Source: Diplonema japonicum (Eukaryota; Protista; Euglenozoa: Diplonemea). Taken from it: 64,000 nt of DNA. The translations under genes and the position numbers were made by a program. Where the stretch lies: assembly GCA_964019335.1 (NCBI GenBank), contig OZ025688.1:372001-436000 (forward strand), read 5' to 3'. Shown here in pieces: positions 49,071 through 60,321 of the stretch. Below the pieces are notes generated by a model. It searched no databases and had not been told where the DNA came from. It was given only the letters and a program-made list of their open reading frames with translations. Position 1 is the stretch's first letter, and every line of letters starts with the position of its first letter.

Positions 49071-49325
49071 ATGGCAGCAACGGGAGTTCCTGTCCAGGCA
49101 GCAGCAGCAGGCCTTGCCCCTGCGGCGCAGGGTTCACCCATTGCAGCAACAACGCTCCAGACACCGCAGCAGTTCAAGATGAGCACGTCTGGGTTAACTA
49201 GCTCCTACCGGGGGCTCTACACGGCAAACAAAGCAATCCAAACCCAGCTTGACCAGGCCAGAGGCGACGGCGTGGTAAACGCGCAAAAAATCGCAAGGAT
49301 AAAATCCGAGCTTTCAACGCTTTAA
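49071..49325 (+). CDS. Small hypothetical protein (84 aa)
   Basis: Homopolymer-free ORF with coding-like composition, starting right after an A-run. Confidence 0.55.
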   Translation: MAATGVPVQAAAAGLAPAAQGSPIAATTLQTPQQFKMSTSGLTSSYRGLYTANKAIQTQLDQARGDGVVNAQKIARIKSELSTL

Positions 49326-49489
49326 AGGAGAAGGGGGGGGGGGGGGGGGGGTACACGTCTACTTTGATTACACCGTTTAATTCCCTTTTCTTTTTTTTTC
49401 GGCATGGGGAGTGGGGGTTGTTTTTTTTTTTTTTTTCTTCTTTCTTTTTTAAAAAAAAGAAAATATTAAAGAACCACCAAAGGCTGGCA

Positions 49490-51316
49490 ATGCCGGGTGC
49501 TCACGGACCAGCGGAAACATGGGTGGAACTCGGGGTGGAGGTGCGTGTGAAGAACCCTGCTACAGGGCTCTACGAAACGACGACGGTGGTGGGCGTGGAC
49601 AAGGCAGGGGTCAGGGTGGGTGTTAATTGGAAAGACGGCGGTGTGGGCATTGTGGGTCTTAACGAGGTACACCCTGTGGACCCTCCCAGACCTGTACTGC
49701 TGCAGTCTGCGAGCCCCTTGTTCTTGGATTCAACAGCACTGGCGAGGACTGAGTGCGCGCAGAGGCTGACGAGGCAGTACACTTTCAGGAACACACAAAC
49801 ACGAAGAGCGGCTGCAGCTGCAGAAAAGACACAAATCGAGTGCATCGACCTTCCAAAAGACTTTTTAAAAAACGTCTCCCAGGAGCCTTTGACTAACGTG
49901 CCACGCACACGCCGCATAGTGCGCTGCCCGTGTGGGTGGAACCGCATCGCGACCCCGATGATGATCAAGTGCAAGACATGTGAGTGTTGGGTGCATTGTG
50001 TGTGCGTGGGGTTGCGGTCTCCAGACGATCCCCCTTCCCACACCATCTTGTGCACCTTCTGCGACTACGGGTGGATGAAACCCACTGAGGTTCTCCCTAA
50101 CCCGCCCACCTCTGTCGAGGGCGACCCGTACCAAGTCCCATTGGACCTCATGCTGCAGCGTTTCCACCCAACGTCCGTCCCGACACAAAAAACCATCTTC
50201 CATACTATACAAACTAAAATCAAGTCGAAGCTTCTGGCGTGCGGGTACCACCTAGAGCAGATCCCAGGGGGAAAGCATGGTGCCTTGGACTGCGACGCTG
50301 CTGTGCAGGAGTGCGTGGATGTGTGCGGCAGTGCGATCGCAGAAGGGTACTTTGATCATAGGTACCCGCAGAACGCGTTCACAGGCATGCGGGGTGACTC
50401 ATGCAGCAGGGTAACCATTCTCCGTGACACTGCAACAGGGAAGGCTGTGTCTGTTCTCGCATCAAGTGGGAACGACTGTCCGTTGGTGTTGCAGGCAGCG
50501 TGCGTGGCACTACAGCGGGCGATAGGCGACAAGAACGCACACAGGTACATCGACACTTCCGACCTCGAGACCTTGCGGAGGCATGCTGGTGTGAAGAGTC
50601 TCTACAGGGTGGTCCATCTTTCCCTCGTAGCCACCAACACTGCTCACCGACAAAAGGGGTTGGGGAAGCTCCTCATGCTGCACGATCTGTGCAGTTGGGC
50701 TGCTGAAGGGCGCACCCAAATGTACCTCAACATGACCTTGCTGAGGAAGACCGTCGCAACCCTTTCTAAGAAGCCGTCCAGCAAACCTGACACAAAGGTT
50801 ATCTTTTACTATTCAACAGCTTCAAAAATGCTGTACGAGAGGTATGATTTTTTATAAAAAGTTTGATTTAAATCAATTCAGGTTTGGGTTCCGGCTGGTG
50901 TACCCAAGGAAACCCTTTACAAAACCGCACCCGTTGCTCCCGGATGAAGTTGGGCAGAGGTGCAAATGGTATTTTTTTTTTTTTGTTTGTTTTCCCCTTT
51001 CCTCATCACCCCCCTCAGGACCGACCGTGAGGTAAACAACGGAGTTTTGATGATGAACACAGACATGTGGGGCGATATCTTTCGCAATTACAACGAGATT
51101 TTCCCGGAGCACCCTCCCATGCCAGTACCGAAGAAGGAAGCGATGCCGTATGGCCACAAGCCTTACTCACCGCCCCCTCAAGAAGACAACAGTGATGCGG
51201 AATCAGAAGTGCACCCCGCAAGTGAAAGCGAGGACGAGGGCGACATGGATTACGAAGAAGGTGAAGAGCTGCAGCAGGAAGAGGAGGTAGTCACTGTGGT
51301 GGGGCAAATATACTGA
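49490..51316 (+). CDS. PHD finger plus GNAT acetyltransferase protein, join(49490..50841,50882..50968,51019..51316)
   Basis: RCPCG...MIKCKTCECWVHCVCVG...CTFC (PHD); VATNTAHRQKGLGKLLM (acetyl-CoA motif A); splicing restores LYERFGF. Acidic tail. Confidence 0.85.
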
Positions 51317-51408
51317 TTTTTCTTTTTTTTTTTTTTTTTTTTTTCGGGTCAAAAAAAAAAAAAAAAAGAGAGAGAGAGAACATTTACACAAAAAAAAAAA
51401 AAAAAAAA

Positions 51409-51858
51409 ATGGCAGATCAAAGGTTATCCCGCTTGGATAAAGATATAGAAGAGATTTTTATGATTTTCAACGTAAGAAACAGCGACACCATTCACAAGGG
51501 CGATCTTACCGTGGCCCTCAGGATGCTCGGTGTAGAGGTTAGTAAGGAAGTGCTCCGAACAGAGATCCTACCCAACTACGCAGAGTTCAGCAGGCTTTCG
51601 GCGGCTCACTTCAAAGAGATATACCGTTCACAAGAGGCTGCCAGCGCAGACCTGGAAAATGTATTCGTGGAACTAGACCGTGACAAGTCGGGGGTCATCT
51701 CGTCGAAATCGCTTCAGCTCATTAACAGCGACCTCGTTGCACAGGGGCTGGAAAAAACAAGCCACACAGTTGAAGAAATCGAGAAAATACTGATGGAAGT
51801 CTTCAGCACGGACCACATCACAAAGGAACGGTTTAAAAACTTCATGGATGTTAAGTAA
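51409..51858 (+). CDS. Centrin/calmodulin-like EF-hand protein (divergent)
   Basis: 149 aa with EIFMIFN...DLTVALRMLG and FVELDRDKSGVISSKSL. Confidence 0.8.
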   Translation: MADQRLSRLDKDIEEIFMIFNVRNSDTIHKGDLTVALRMLGVEVSKEVLRTEILPNYAEFSRLSAAHFKEIYRSQEAASADLENVFVELDRDKSGVISSKSLQLINSDLVAQGLEKTSHTVEEIEKILMEVFSTDHITKERFKNFMDVK

Positions 51859-52290
51859 TTCCCTTTTTTTACATCTCATTTTCCAAGTCGTATCCAATCC
51901 CCAACACAGTCCACTCTACTTGCACCACCACCACAACAACAAAATATGGAAATCTGGAGGCTGGATGGAGGTAACTTTGCGATGAAAGGTGCTGACGACG
52001 ATCACAGAGGAGAGGCGGTGCATGTTGAAGCTGAAGCATACGCCGAATGTTATGTCAAGTAAAAACAAAAGTATATAGCCGATAAATATAAAACGGCACC
52101 AATCAGGTATGTCTCCTCCTCGCTCCCTCCCCTCTTGCACGTCATTATGTCACAAAAACCAATCCTTTTAAAATACCTGCAACCCAGCCAAAAGATTGTT
52201 GCTGTGGTGTACCCGGACATGGCTGACGCGCAAAAAGAGGTCTTCTCGGACTGTTACGAGAGTGGTCGGGCTAAAGAGAAAAAGAAAATG

Positions 52291-52328
52291 ACCAACGATT
52301 CTAAAGCTACAGTTTCTGTTCTTTATTC
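52291..52328 (+). other. Spliced-leader (mini-exon) relic, diplonemid type
   Basis: accaacgattctaaagctacagtttctgttctttattc versus the Diplonema SL as I recall it (AACCAACGATTTAAAAGCTACAGTTTCTGTACTTTATTG): 4 differences in 38 nt. It is not followed by the G/GTATG donor of an SL RNA gene. Confidence 0.85.
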
Positions 52329-52457
52329 GTCGTTCGTGTTCTGCAGGTGCCTGCCACTTCTGCCTGGGTTTGCCGCTGCGTCCGTCGTCGCTGGAGGAAA
52401 TAATGAGGCCCTCAGAGTGAAAAAAAGAAATCGATTAGGAAACCATAGCGAAGTGGG

Positions 52458-52626
52458 TTGGGACCTGTGAAGAGCCGCACCAGGTATGAGAAGGCCTGGT
52501 CTGAGATGGTAGAGAAGTTAGGAGTGAAGGCCCCAACAATCCCTCAATTGGAAGGATACATGAAAACTCTGAGGGAGGAAGTCAGCCCATCTTTGGACCT
52601 ATTTTAATATATTAAAAGCAGTTCAT
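52458..52626 (+). pseudogene. Putative Crypton-type tyrosine recombinase N-terminal remnant
   Basis: LGPVKSRTRYEKAW...LEGYMKTL...SPS / LWTYFNILK (frameshifted) resembles the LPxKSxxxY...SLWxxYSxLK N-terminus of eukaryotic YR transposon proteins. DNA match to the family A interior. Confidence 0.45.
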
Positions 52627-54227
52627 GTCACGTAGTACATGTGGAGTCGACACATGCCCTTACAGAAGAGCCTTTTATGCACATCTTACTTGAGCAGACG
52701 CGAGACAATTCTTGAAGCACTAATGTGATCTAAACTTGCTTGCAAGAACAGTGCATCTCCTCTAAAATGGAATAGAATTGCGGAAATATGTGGACGTTCC
52801 AAAGGTAGCTGATCCGACGTTATTGGGATTTTATCTATTGTTTAAGACAAAAAGAAAAACAGCAACATTGAGAGGGAACACTGCACTGCTCACAAATGAA
52901 AACTAGTCTTTAATGAGTACAACCTAGCAATAGCCGTGTTAAGGAAGCAATAATGCCAAAGAAAGCTTACGATTGAAACTCATGATATGTCGACCAAATG
53001 ATAATAATACAAAGATGCTTTCTTCATACGGAATTAAGGGCACTAGTAAACAAGGGTGTTACAAGATGTGTGCGGCTTTTGCAGGAGAAAAGGTGGGGAA
53101 CTTGAGGCATTTCCAAAAAGAGTGCGAGTGTGGTTGGCTGCTGGTCAGAGGATGGGACATCCGTATCAGTAATCCATCTTTCGTGCTCCTCCGGCTGGGT
53201 GCTACTACCAGAACAAGTGGTACGCGCAGTGTCTGGACTTGAAGAGGTTCCCCGGATCGGCTGAGGAGAGGGAGATGGCATCCACACACACACACACACA
53301 CACAAGCCAGCTTTGAACTGCACCTCTTAATACGTAAAACCGCATACTGTTGTTACTTCTCATTGCTATTTAATCTTTGGACTGAAATTAGGTCCCCGAA
53401 TACGGTCGGCGGAATCGTGGGGACACCTTTTCCTTCTTCTTTTTTTTTTCTTCTACTGATAAAAAAAAAAAAAAAAAGAAAAAAAAACCGAAGCACGACA
53501 TTTGCACTCTGTTTACTCGACACATGCAATGTCAAGACAAGAAAAGAAAAAAAAATTCGAAACCTTTTTTACTATTTGATTCTCCCCCCTCCCCGTTGTC
53601 GTCCTTTCGTTGCCCTCTCAAGTAAAAGAAAATTAAGGTTGGGGAAAAAAAAGAAGGAAGCCAACATGGGGGGAGAAAAAAAACCCCTTATCCCTGTTAT
53701 TTCTTTTTCTTTGGGCTGGAAAAAAAAAATAAAGAAATTAGGACACATGAAAAAACGCAAACCTTTTTACATCTTCTATACTTAAAAGTGGTTTTAAGTT
53801 CACTTCAATACCACTATCGTTGAACACATTCTATTCTATTTATTTGTTCGTCTGATAAAAACAAAACAAAAAAAAAAAATGAAACATGAAATATGCACTC
53901 TCTGCTTTCTCGACACAAGTTGTCAAAAAAGAAAATGAGATTTTTAAAACTTATTTTATGTTTTTTTTTTTTTTTTTTTTTTTTTTTTTCCTTTCTTTTT
54001 TTCATCCAAGCTGCTGAATAGATACAACAACAGGCCTAAGGCACAGGTTCCCTTCAAAGACACCTTTCCCCCTTTTTTTTTTCCGTACTACAGAGTTCAC
54101 AAAAAAAAAAAAAAAAAAAAAAAAAGTTGGCTCCTCCCTGAGACGTCAATGCCTCCCTCTTTTTTTTTTGTCTCTTTATGACGCAAATCTATAAACAAAA
54201 AAAATCAAAAAAGTGTGGGGGGGCAAA

Positions 54228-55169
54228 ATGTCCCGTCAGCGCACATATAACAACCTGCCGGGGTCGGTACGGGGGACAACGCTGCAGAACGACAAACGGC
54301 GGATAGCATTGCCGATGAACTCACCTTCAAAGGAAAAGAAGTTCGGGCAATGGGAGGCCTACGAGGATGAAGACGACAGTTCAAGACTGCCCCCCCCGGG
54401 GGGTGCCTCGCCTCCCATGAGGGGCACACACAAATCAGTAAAGTACCACCAGGTCCCCCAGCAACGGGTAAACAGCGAACGACCACCTAGCATGGGAAGG
54501 CCGCCTCAACAAAGTTCACCATCAACCTTGTGGGTTGGAGAAGGTACCCACCACAACACAACTTCCGCCAGCGCAGCTCCTTCCTACAATCAAAACCATA
54601 GAGGGGGTGAAGCTTCACCTCTCCCTCCACCTGCTTCGTTATCTGATTTGAATGACCAGAATGCGTACAGAAGTCAGGGCATAGGTGGTGGGGTTAAACA
54701 ACAACCGTTGCAGCCTGTTCATGTTCCACCAACACCCGCCTTTACACCGCATGTTGAGGAACCTGCTCTGTCGCCATCTATCCAGCATCACCAGGTCGTG
54801 TCCATAGTTGAGGGTAAGGGGACTGGGAGTTATATAGATGTGATCTCTAAGGTGCATTTGGAGAAGCCTTCACTTTTGCGGCTTAAGTTGAAAGGTGATA
54901 TTTCCCGGCTCCCCATGCGGGCTGTTAAGGAGACGTTGTTCCAGGTCACCGGTGTCCCTTCGGAACGCCAGGTGCTTGAGAAGGACGGTTTTTATATCTC
55001 TGACGCGCTCACCGCCTCGGACATCAGCCTTGTGAGCGGTTCTGTTCTCGTGCTGTCCCTCGCCGGTCCCTCGCAGATCATTGAAAGCATGGGCTCCAGG
55101 GCAGGCGACAGGGTGTTTTACTACAACCCTCCGCAGCCGGTGCGCCAGCAGATGTCGCCTGACAGATAA
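54228..55169 (+). CDS. Proline/serine-rich protein with C-terminal ubiquitin-like domain
   Basis: LPMRAVKETLFQVTGVPSERQVLEKDG...ISLVSGSVLVL, similar in type to the Ubl of 5776..6795. Confidence 0.75.
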   Translation: MSRQRTYNNLPGSVRGTTLQNDKRRIALPMNSPSKEKKFGQWEAYEDEDDSSRLPPPGGASPPMRGTHKSVKYHQVPQQRVNSERPPSMGRPPQQSSPSTLWVGEGTHHNTTSASAAPSYNQNHRGGEASPLPPPASLSDLNDQNAYRSQGIGGGVKQQPLQPVHVPPTPAFTPHVEEPALSPSIQHHQVVSIVEGKGTGSYIDVISKVHLEKPSLLRLKLKGDISRLPMRAVKETLFQVTGVPSERQVLEKDGFYISDALTASDISLVSGSVLVLSLAGPSQIIESMGSRAGDRVFYYNPPQPVRQQMSPDR

Positions 55170-55565
55170 TTTTTAATTAAGGATTTCCTTTTTGCTCCTT
55201 TTTTTTTCTTTTTTTATTTTTTTTTTAAAGCAGTGAGAGCCCTCTCCCAACACTGAAACTTTATCGGCTTTTCTTTTTTTTTTTTTCTTTGTAACTGTAA
55301 GTTGTATCGGGTACCCACCACTCCCTTCTCCACCCTTTGCCCCCTAGTCTCGCAGGGTATTATTATTTTTTTTTTTATTATCACATGCTAAAGATTTCCG
55401 CCAGCCACGTGCCACCACCCGCTGAAGAAAGATTTCTTTAAGCCAGCTACTTGTCATCCGCCAGCATGCCAATAAGAATCCCCCGTATTGTTTTTCCAAA
55501 GAAGTCTGCGCGTGTAGTCATAAAGAATTGTTACAGGTAAAAAGAAGAAAAAAAGAAAAAGAAAA

Positions 55566-56099
55566 ATGAGTCTCGACGGTATGATGAAGCTTCAGTTCAA
55601 TCTGAAGTTTGCATCGAAGCAGTTTGCAAAGAGCAGCAAGAAGTGCGAAAAGGAAGAGAAGGAGGCCAAGAACAAGGCGAAGAGGGCTATGGAGAAGGGC
55701 AACATAGACGGGGCAAAGATCTATGCACAGAACGCCATCAGGAAGAAGAACGAGGCGCTTAACATGCTGAGGCTGAGCAGTAGGATAGATGCGGTGGCTT
55801 CTAGGGTCGACAATGCCGTGAAGATGCGAAATGTGACAAAAACCATGGGAATGGTGACCAAGGGAATGGACAAGGCGCTGGGCTCTATGAAGTATGATGA
55901 GATTGCGCGTGTGATGGATAAATTCGAACAACAATTTGAGGACATGGACGTTATCACGGAATACACCGAATCTGCAATGGGACAGTCCTCCGCCCTCACA
56001 ACTCCAGAAGGCGAGGTTTCTGCCCTCCTCTCGCAGATAGCTGATGAGAACAATTTGGAGTTTTCAGACCAGCTCCCCGGTGTCGCGAATAAGGTGTGG

Positions 56100-56139
<40 letters not shown>

Positions 56140-56206
56140 TTAGGTCGACCCCCTTCAACAAGCCGATGAACTATCAGCCCGTCTTGCAAAACTGAAGAAC
56201 CCGTAA
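55566..56206 (+). CDS. CHMP1: ESCRT-III CHMP1/Did2/Vps46, join(55566..56093,56144..56206)
   Basis: FNLKFASKQ, AKIYAQNAIRKKNEA, MDKFEQQFEDMDV. Splicing restores the MIT-interacting tail DELSARLAKLK. Confidence 0.93.
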
Positions 56207-56443
56207 ACAAAACAAAAAAAAAAAAAAAAAATGTAATAAAAAAAAAAAAAAAGGGGAGGGTGGGTTTTTTTATTTACGTTTCTTTGTGTTAGTTTTTATT
56301 AGTGGGGGAGGGAGGTAATTTCTTTCTTTTTTTTTTGACCTCTTTTTTTTTTTTTTTTTCCAGACACTGACCTTCTGTGTTATTTTGACCAATCTCAGCA
56401 CACAATTTTTTTTTTATTTATTTTTTTTTTTTCGCTCAATGAA

Positions 56444-56978
56444 CATAGTATCCAGTGTTAACCGATCACCTTCGGGTTTTAAAACCCGACCCGAGCAATT
56501 TTAGATTTTCGATCACAGTCGGGTTAATGATGGGTTTTTTTTGTAATTTCGGATCGGTTTGATCGGTCCAAAACCCATATTTCTGGCAAGAAATACCAAG
56601 GCCATGCTCATTTATTCAAAGGAAAAAACTGGTTTTCAGACATGTAATTCTCCCGAGTCAGGGAGGTCCAAGTTAAAAACAACAGGATTTATGATCGGTT
56701 TGATCGATCCAAAACCCCATTTTCGATTTCTTTTTTTTGTTTTTTCGCTTTTAATTAAAAACCCGCCAAAAAAAGCGAAAAAACAGCTTTTCGGGAAAAT
56801 AATCCTTTTTCTAAGTCGTTTCGATGCTCCCTGGGGTCGGCTTTGTGTATCTGGGGGGCCCGGGATACGAATATAAGGGTTTTAAGCATGGTTGCATGCT
56901 CGCCTTTCATTTGACGTCAATTTAAAACCCGATTGTAATTAAAAACCCACGGGTGATCGGTTAACCCTGGATACTATG
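56444..56978. mobile_element. 535-bp MITE with CATAGTA termini and 5-bp TSD (ATGAA)
   Basis: 27-bp TIR catagtatccagKgttaaccgatcacc (1 mismatch); ATGAA at 56439-56443 and 56979-56983; internal repeat atcggtttgatcgRtccaaaaccc. Confidence 0.9.
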
Positions 56979-57352
56979 ATGAACGGAGGGAAAAAAGAAA
57001 AAAGTTTGAATAGTATTTATTAGCAAAAACCCCCCTCCCACCCTTGGCATACACTTACAAAAAAAAAAAGGCCCAAAAGAATCCCCTCCTCCTTTTTTTT
57101 CTTTCTTCCTTGTGACCAAAATTTCCTTCTTTTTTTTTTTTAAATATTTTTTTTTCCTTCTTCTTTTTCCTGTCTTCTCCCTCGTTTCTTCTTCTTTTTT
57201 TTTTTTTTTCTCTTTTTTTTTTTTTCCTAACCCATTTTTTTTTTTTTTTTTTTTTTTTCATATTTTCAAAAATTTCAAGAAAAAAATACAAAGGGAGGAA
57301 GGGGGGCCCCCCACTACACGCAAACAACAACAACAACAACAACAACAACAAA

Positions 57353-59476
57353 ATGGGAACCCCATGCACACCAAAATACATGCTTCGTGAAGCAATGTCG
57401 CCGTTGTTCCCAGTGGAACTTGTTCAACTGGTTAAAACGTACCTCACCCCACGCCTGGGCCTTGTTAAGTACTATGACGACAAAGGCGGCGCCGGCAAGT
57501 CATTCAGCATCGAACGGGCAATCAAAGAAAGAGGGACCGAGGGCATAAAAGTCAACATCGACGGATGGAACGACACGCTGAGCATGGAAAACCTCATCCA
57601 AACCGCACAAAATCTGAACAAAGGCTGCATTTGGATCACCGTAGCCACCGACGCCGACCCTGTCCTCTTCAATAGCATGATGGAAAACCTGGTGTACTGT
57701 TCGCACCTCTCATGGCCAGGCATCCTTGGACACACCCTTCAAAACCCAATGAACTGGTCCGTGTTCCTTGAATTCAAACCGCAGTCGCCATTTACAAGAA
57801 CAAACCTATGGGATTCGACAGACATCGATATCAAGCGGGTCGCATCGTTAAAGGGCACCGTGCTCGGGTTTAACCACACTGTTATCGCGCACAGTGAAGA
57901 AGCCCTGAATTTTTTGCAAAGGCAAATACAGAGTTATGAGGATACGGATTTGAACAAACTTCCTGCGAAGATTTGCGGGGAGGGGACGACGAACAGAAAC
58001 CTTTCGACTGCTGTTAAATTCCTCGCGAGAGTGTTCAATTTGTACGCACCGACAGACTGCCCTTACAGGTCCCACCGTATCCGTGCTGGGTCGTCCGGTG
58101 TGTTCAACGCGAAATCCCGTCTTGTCGCCCTTGCCCTTGCACATGGAATGCCCAAATTCTCGGACAGTCCGGAACATAGAGACGCACCGCATTTTCACGT
58201 CATCATCGAAAGGGATTCCATCTACCGAATGGTACAACTGGCTGGATCGGCATCGTGTGAAATAGACGCTGCTGTTAAACAATATGAATCGGAATGCGTA
58301 ACAATTGCATGCATGATGATGTGCCGGCCGCCTTATATGCGCAAGGCGGACCCCCCGTTGGTCGTGCTTCTACGGATATTTGAAAGTTTGATTGAAAAAC
58401 CCTGTGCGGAATTGTGCAGCATTGTGATGGGTAACGGAACGGGCGGCCTCAGAGAATTGTTAAGAGAACTTGTCGTGATGCTTGCTAAAATCGATTTGAG
58501 GGGTTTTTCAGAGACGCTTGAAGGGTTCACCGACAGAGCCTTCGACGTTGTCAAACAACTCTTGCCGACAAGAGGGAGGCCGCAATTTCTTCGATTCTAC
58601 GAGTTCGCGGTGAAGGCTACCAAACGTCTCGAGGGTTGCGTCGACGTTCTGTGGAAGGCACGCGCTACACCGAGGGAACACGACCTGACCCTAGTCTGCA
58701 AATACCTAACAGAAACGCAGAGTAGTTCTTCTATGGAATCTGTATTTGAAAAAATCAAGGAGATCACGAACCTGCCGCCTTACAGCGAGTACAATTTCGA
58801 CGCTCTCTTCACGGAACACGCGGGGAACCTCACCGGACTCATCGCCTCAATCCGCCCTTTAATGCACTGTAGCGGTATTCTGCTGTACCACAATTTCATA
58901 AGGCTCGTGGAGGAGTCGTTAATATCAACGTTCGGGGACCCCGTTAAAAATATTTTAAACGCCGGGCAACACCGTGCGTTGCAGTCATTCTGCGATTGGG
59001 GTGAAATCATGTGGAAGGGCAGGGAGAGACAAGGCTGGACACCTGATAAAATTGTCGAATCGGTATTTGCTTGGCTGCGAGATGTGTACATTAAGACCGC
59101 ACCTTTCAGTGAGGAGGACGAGGGGTGGTTGTTGAAAAAACTAGAGACACCACCTGTTGATGCTGAGGGTTTTTCAAAGTTGTTACGTGATATTTTCAGC
59201 CATCCTTACCACTCGTGCTACCTGCATGTGCCGCTGCGGTGGTGCACAGACCCTGCTGATGTTTACAGGCGGATATCCGCGTATGTCAGCCTCGCTTCAC
59301 GAAGGCCGTCGACAGCGGTCCTTGTCAGGTTTACGAACATGTCGCCTTCTCTTCCGTGTAGCTCTTTTGTGCGCCGTCTTGTCACCGACAGGTTTTGTGA
59401 ACAGCACCTGAAGGCATCGAGAGGGTCCGATGGCGTCCTCCCGCCTAATATTATCTTTTTTGCCTCCGTTGCATAA
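57353..59476 (+). CDS. Hypothetical protein (707 aa)
   Basis: Long intact ORF after a (CAA)n leader, with a weak F-box-like N-terminus FPVELVQLVKTYL. Confidence 0.8.
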   Translation: MGTPCTPKYMLREAMSPLFPVELVQLVKTYLTPRLGLVKYYDDKGGAGKSFSIERAIKERGTEGIKVNIDGWNDTLSMENLIQTAQNLNKGCIWITVATDADPVLFNSMMENLVYCSHLSWPGILGHTLQNPMNWSVFLEFKPQSPFTRTNLWDSTDIDIKRVASLKGTVLGFNHTVIAHSEEALNFLQRQIQSYEDTDLNKLPAKICGEGTTNRNLSTAVKFLARVFNLYAPTDCPYRSHRIRAGSSGVFNAKSRLVALALAHGMPKFSDSPEHRDAPHFHVIIERDSIYRMVQLAGSASCEIDAAVKQYESECVTIACMMMCRPPYMRKADPPLVVLLRIFESLIEKPCAELCSIVMGNGTGGLRELLRELVVMLAKIDLRGFSETLEGFTDRAFDVVKQLLPTRGRPQFLRFYEFAVKATKRLEGCVDVLWKARATPREHDLTLVCKYLTETQSSSSMESVFEKIKEITNLPPYSEYNFDALFTEHAGNLTGLIASIRPLMHCSGILLYHNFIRLVEESLISTFGDPVKNILNAGQHRALQSFCDWGEIMWKGRERQGWTPDKIVESVFAWLRDVYIKTAPFSEEDEGWLLKKLETPPVDAEGFSKLLRDIFSHPYHSCYLHVPLRWCTDPADVYRRISAYVSLASRRPSTAVLVRFTNMSPSLPCSSFVRRLVTDRFCEQHLKASRGSDGVLPPNIIFFASVA

Positions 59477-59532
59477 ATAAAAAAAAAAAAACTTGCTCTT
59501 TCCCCCCCTCCCTCTCCTCCCTTATCAGGGTG

Positions 59533-59569
<37 letters not shown>

Positions 59570-59681
59570 CCTCCTTTCTTCTTACACTCTTTTCTTAAGA
59601 CTTTAATTTGTTTTTTTTTTTTTTATTTTATTTTTTTTTTTTTTTGAACCGAAAAAAAAAGTGCAGTGGGGCATTTTTTTA

Positions 59682-59737
59682 AAGGTGGACGTATATCGGT
59701 TATAGGTTGACGAACGGCCTTGATATACGTCCACCTT
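59682..59737. repeat. Perfect 16-bp inverted repeat with 24-nt spacer (mini foldback, TTAA|AGGTGG end)
   Basis: aaggtggacgtatatc ... gatatacgtccacctt. Confidence 0.8.
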
Positions 59738-59973
59738 AAAAAACTCTTCTCTTTTGTTGTTGGTGAACCTTTCGGCATGTTCACTGGCTTTGTATAAACA
59801 ACAACTCCGAAGTCTTCTATTTTTTTTTAAAGGTGATAGCGTGGAGATGTAAATATTAAGAAGTACATCAGATGTGATGTTCACTGCTCAAGTGGGCCGA
59901 GAGCTCCACCAACACTGGCCTCCCTTATCTTAACTTTTTTTTTTAAGTCTGAAGTGGGATTGTCTTTTACTAT

Positions 59974-60029
<56 letters not shown>

Positions 60030-60132
60030 CCTCTTGTAGATTTATTTATTTATTATTATTTTTTTTTTTTTTTTTTTGCACGGGGTTTGTCCGTTTCCTT
60101 ATTTTCAGATACTTAAGGAAACGGCACATGTG

Positions 60133-60321
60133 GTCGATAAAGTCACTCACTTTTTTCCGTTTTGCCAAAGAACTCTAGCTCTAACAGCCTATAAAAGGTG
60201 AAAAACGGGATTCTGGGTGGTAAAAAAACATCGGATTGAGTGGTTTCTCTTGGGCCCGATTGTCTGGTCGAAAATATAGAAACCATTTTTTTGGCAAAAC
60301 TGAAAAAAGTGCGTTATCGAC
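60133..60321. mobile_element. Degenerate MITE-like inverted repeat
   Basis: gtcgataa...cacttttttccgttttgccaaa pairs with tttggcaaaactgaaaaaagtg..ttatcgac. Confidence 0.4.

Noticed and set aside
52291-52420. Functional SL RNA gene
   Set aside because: No G/GTATG donor or recognisable SL intron after the exon-like part, and it is a single copy rather than a tandem array.
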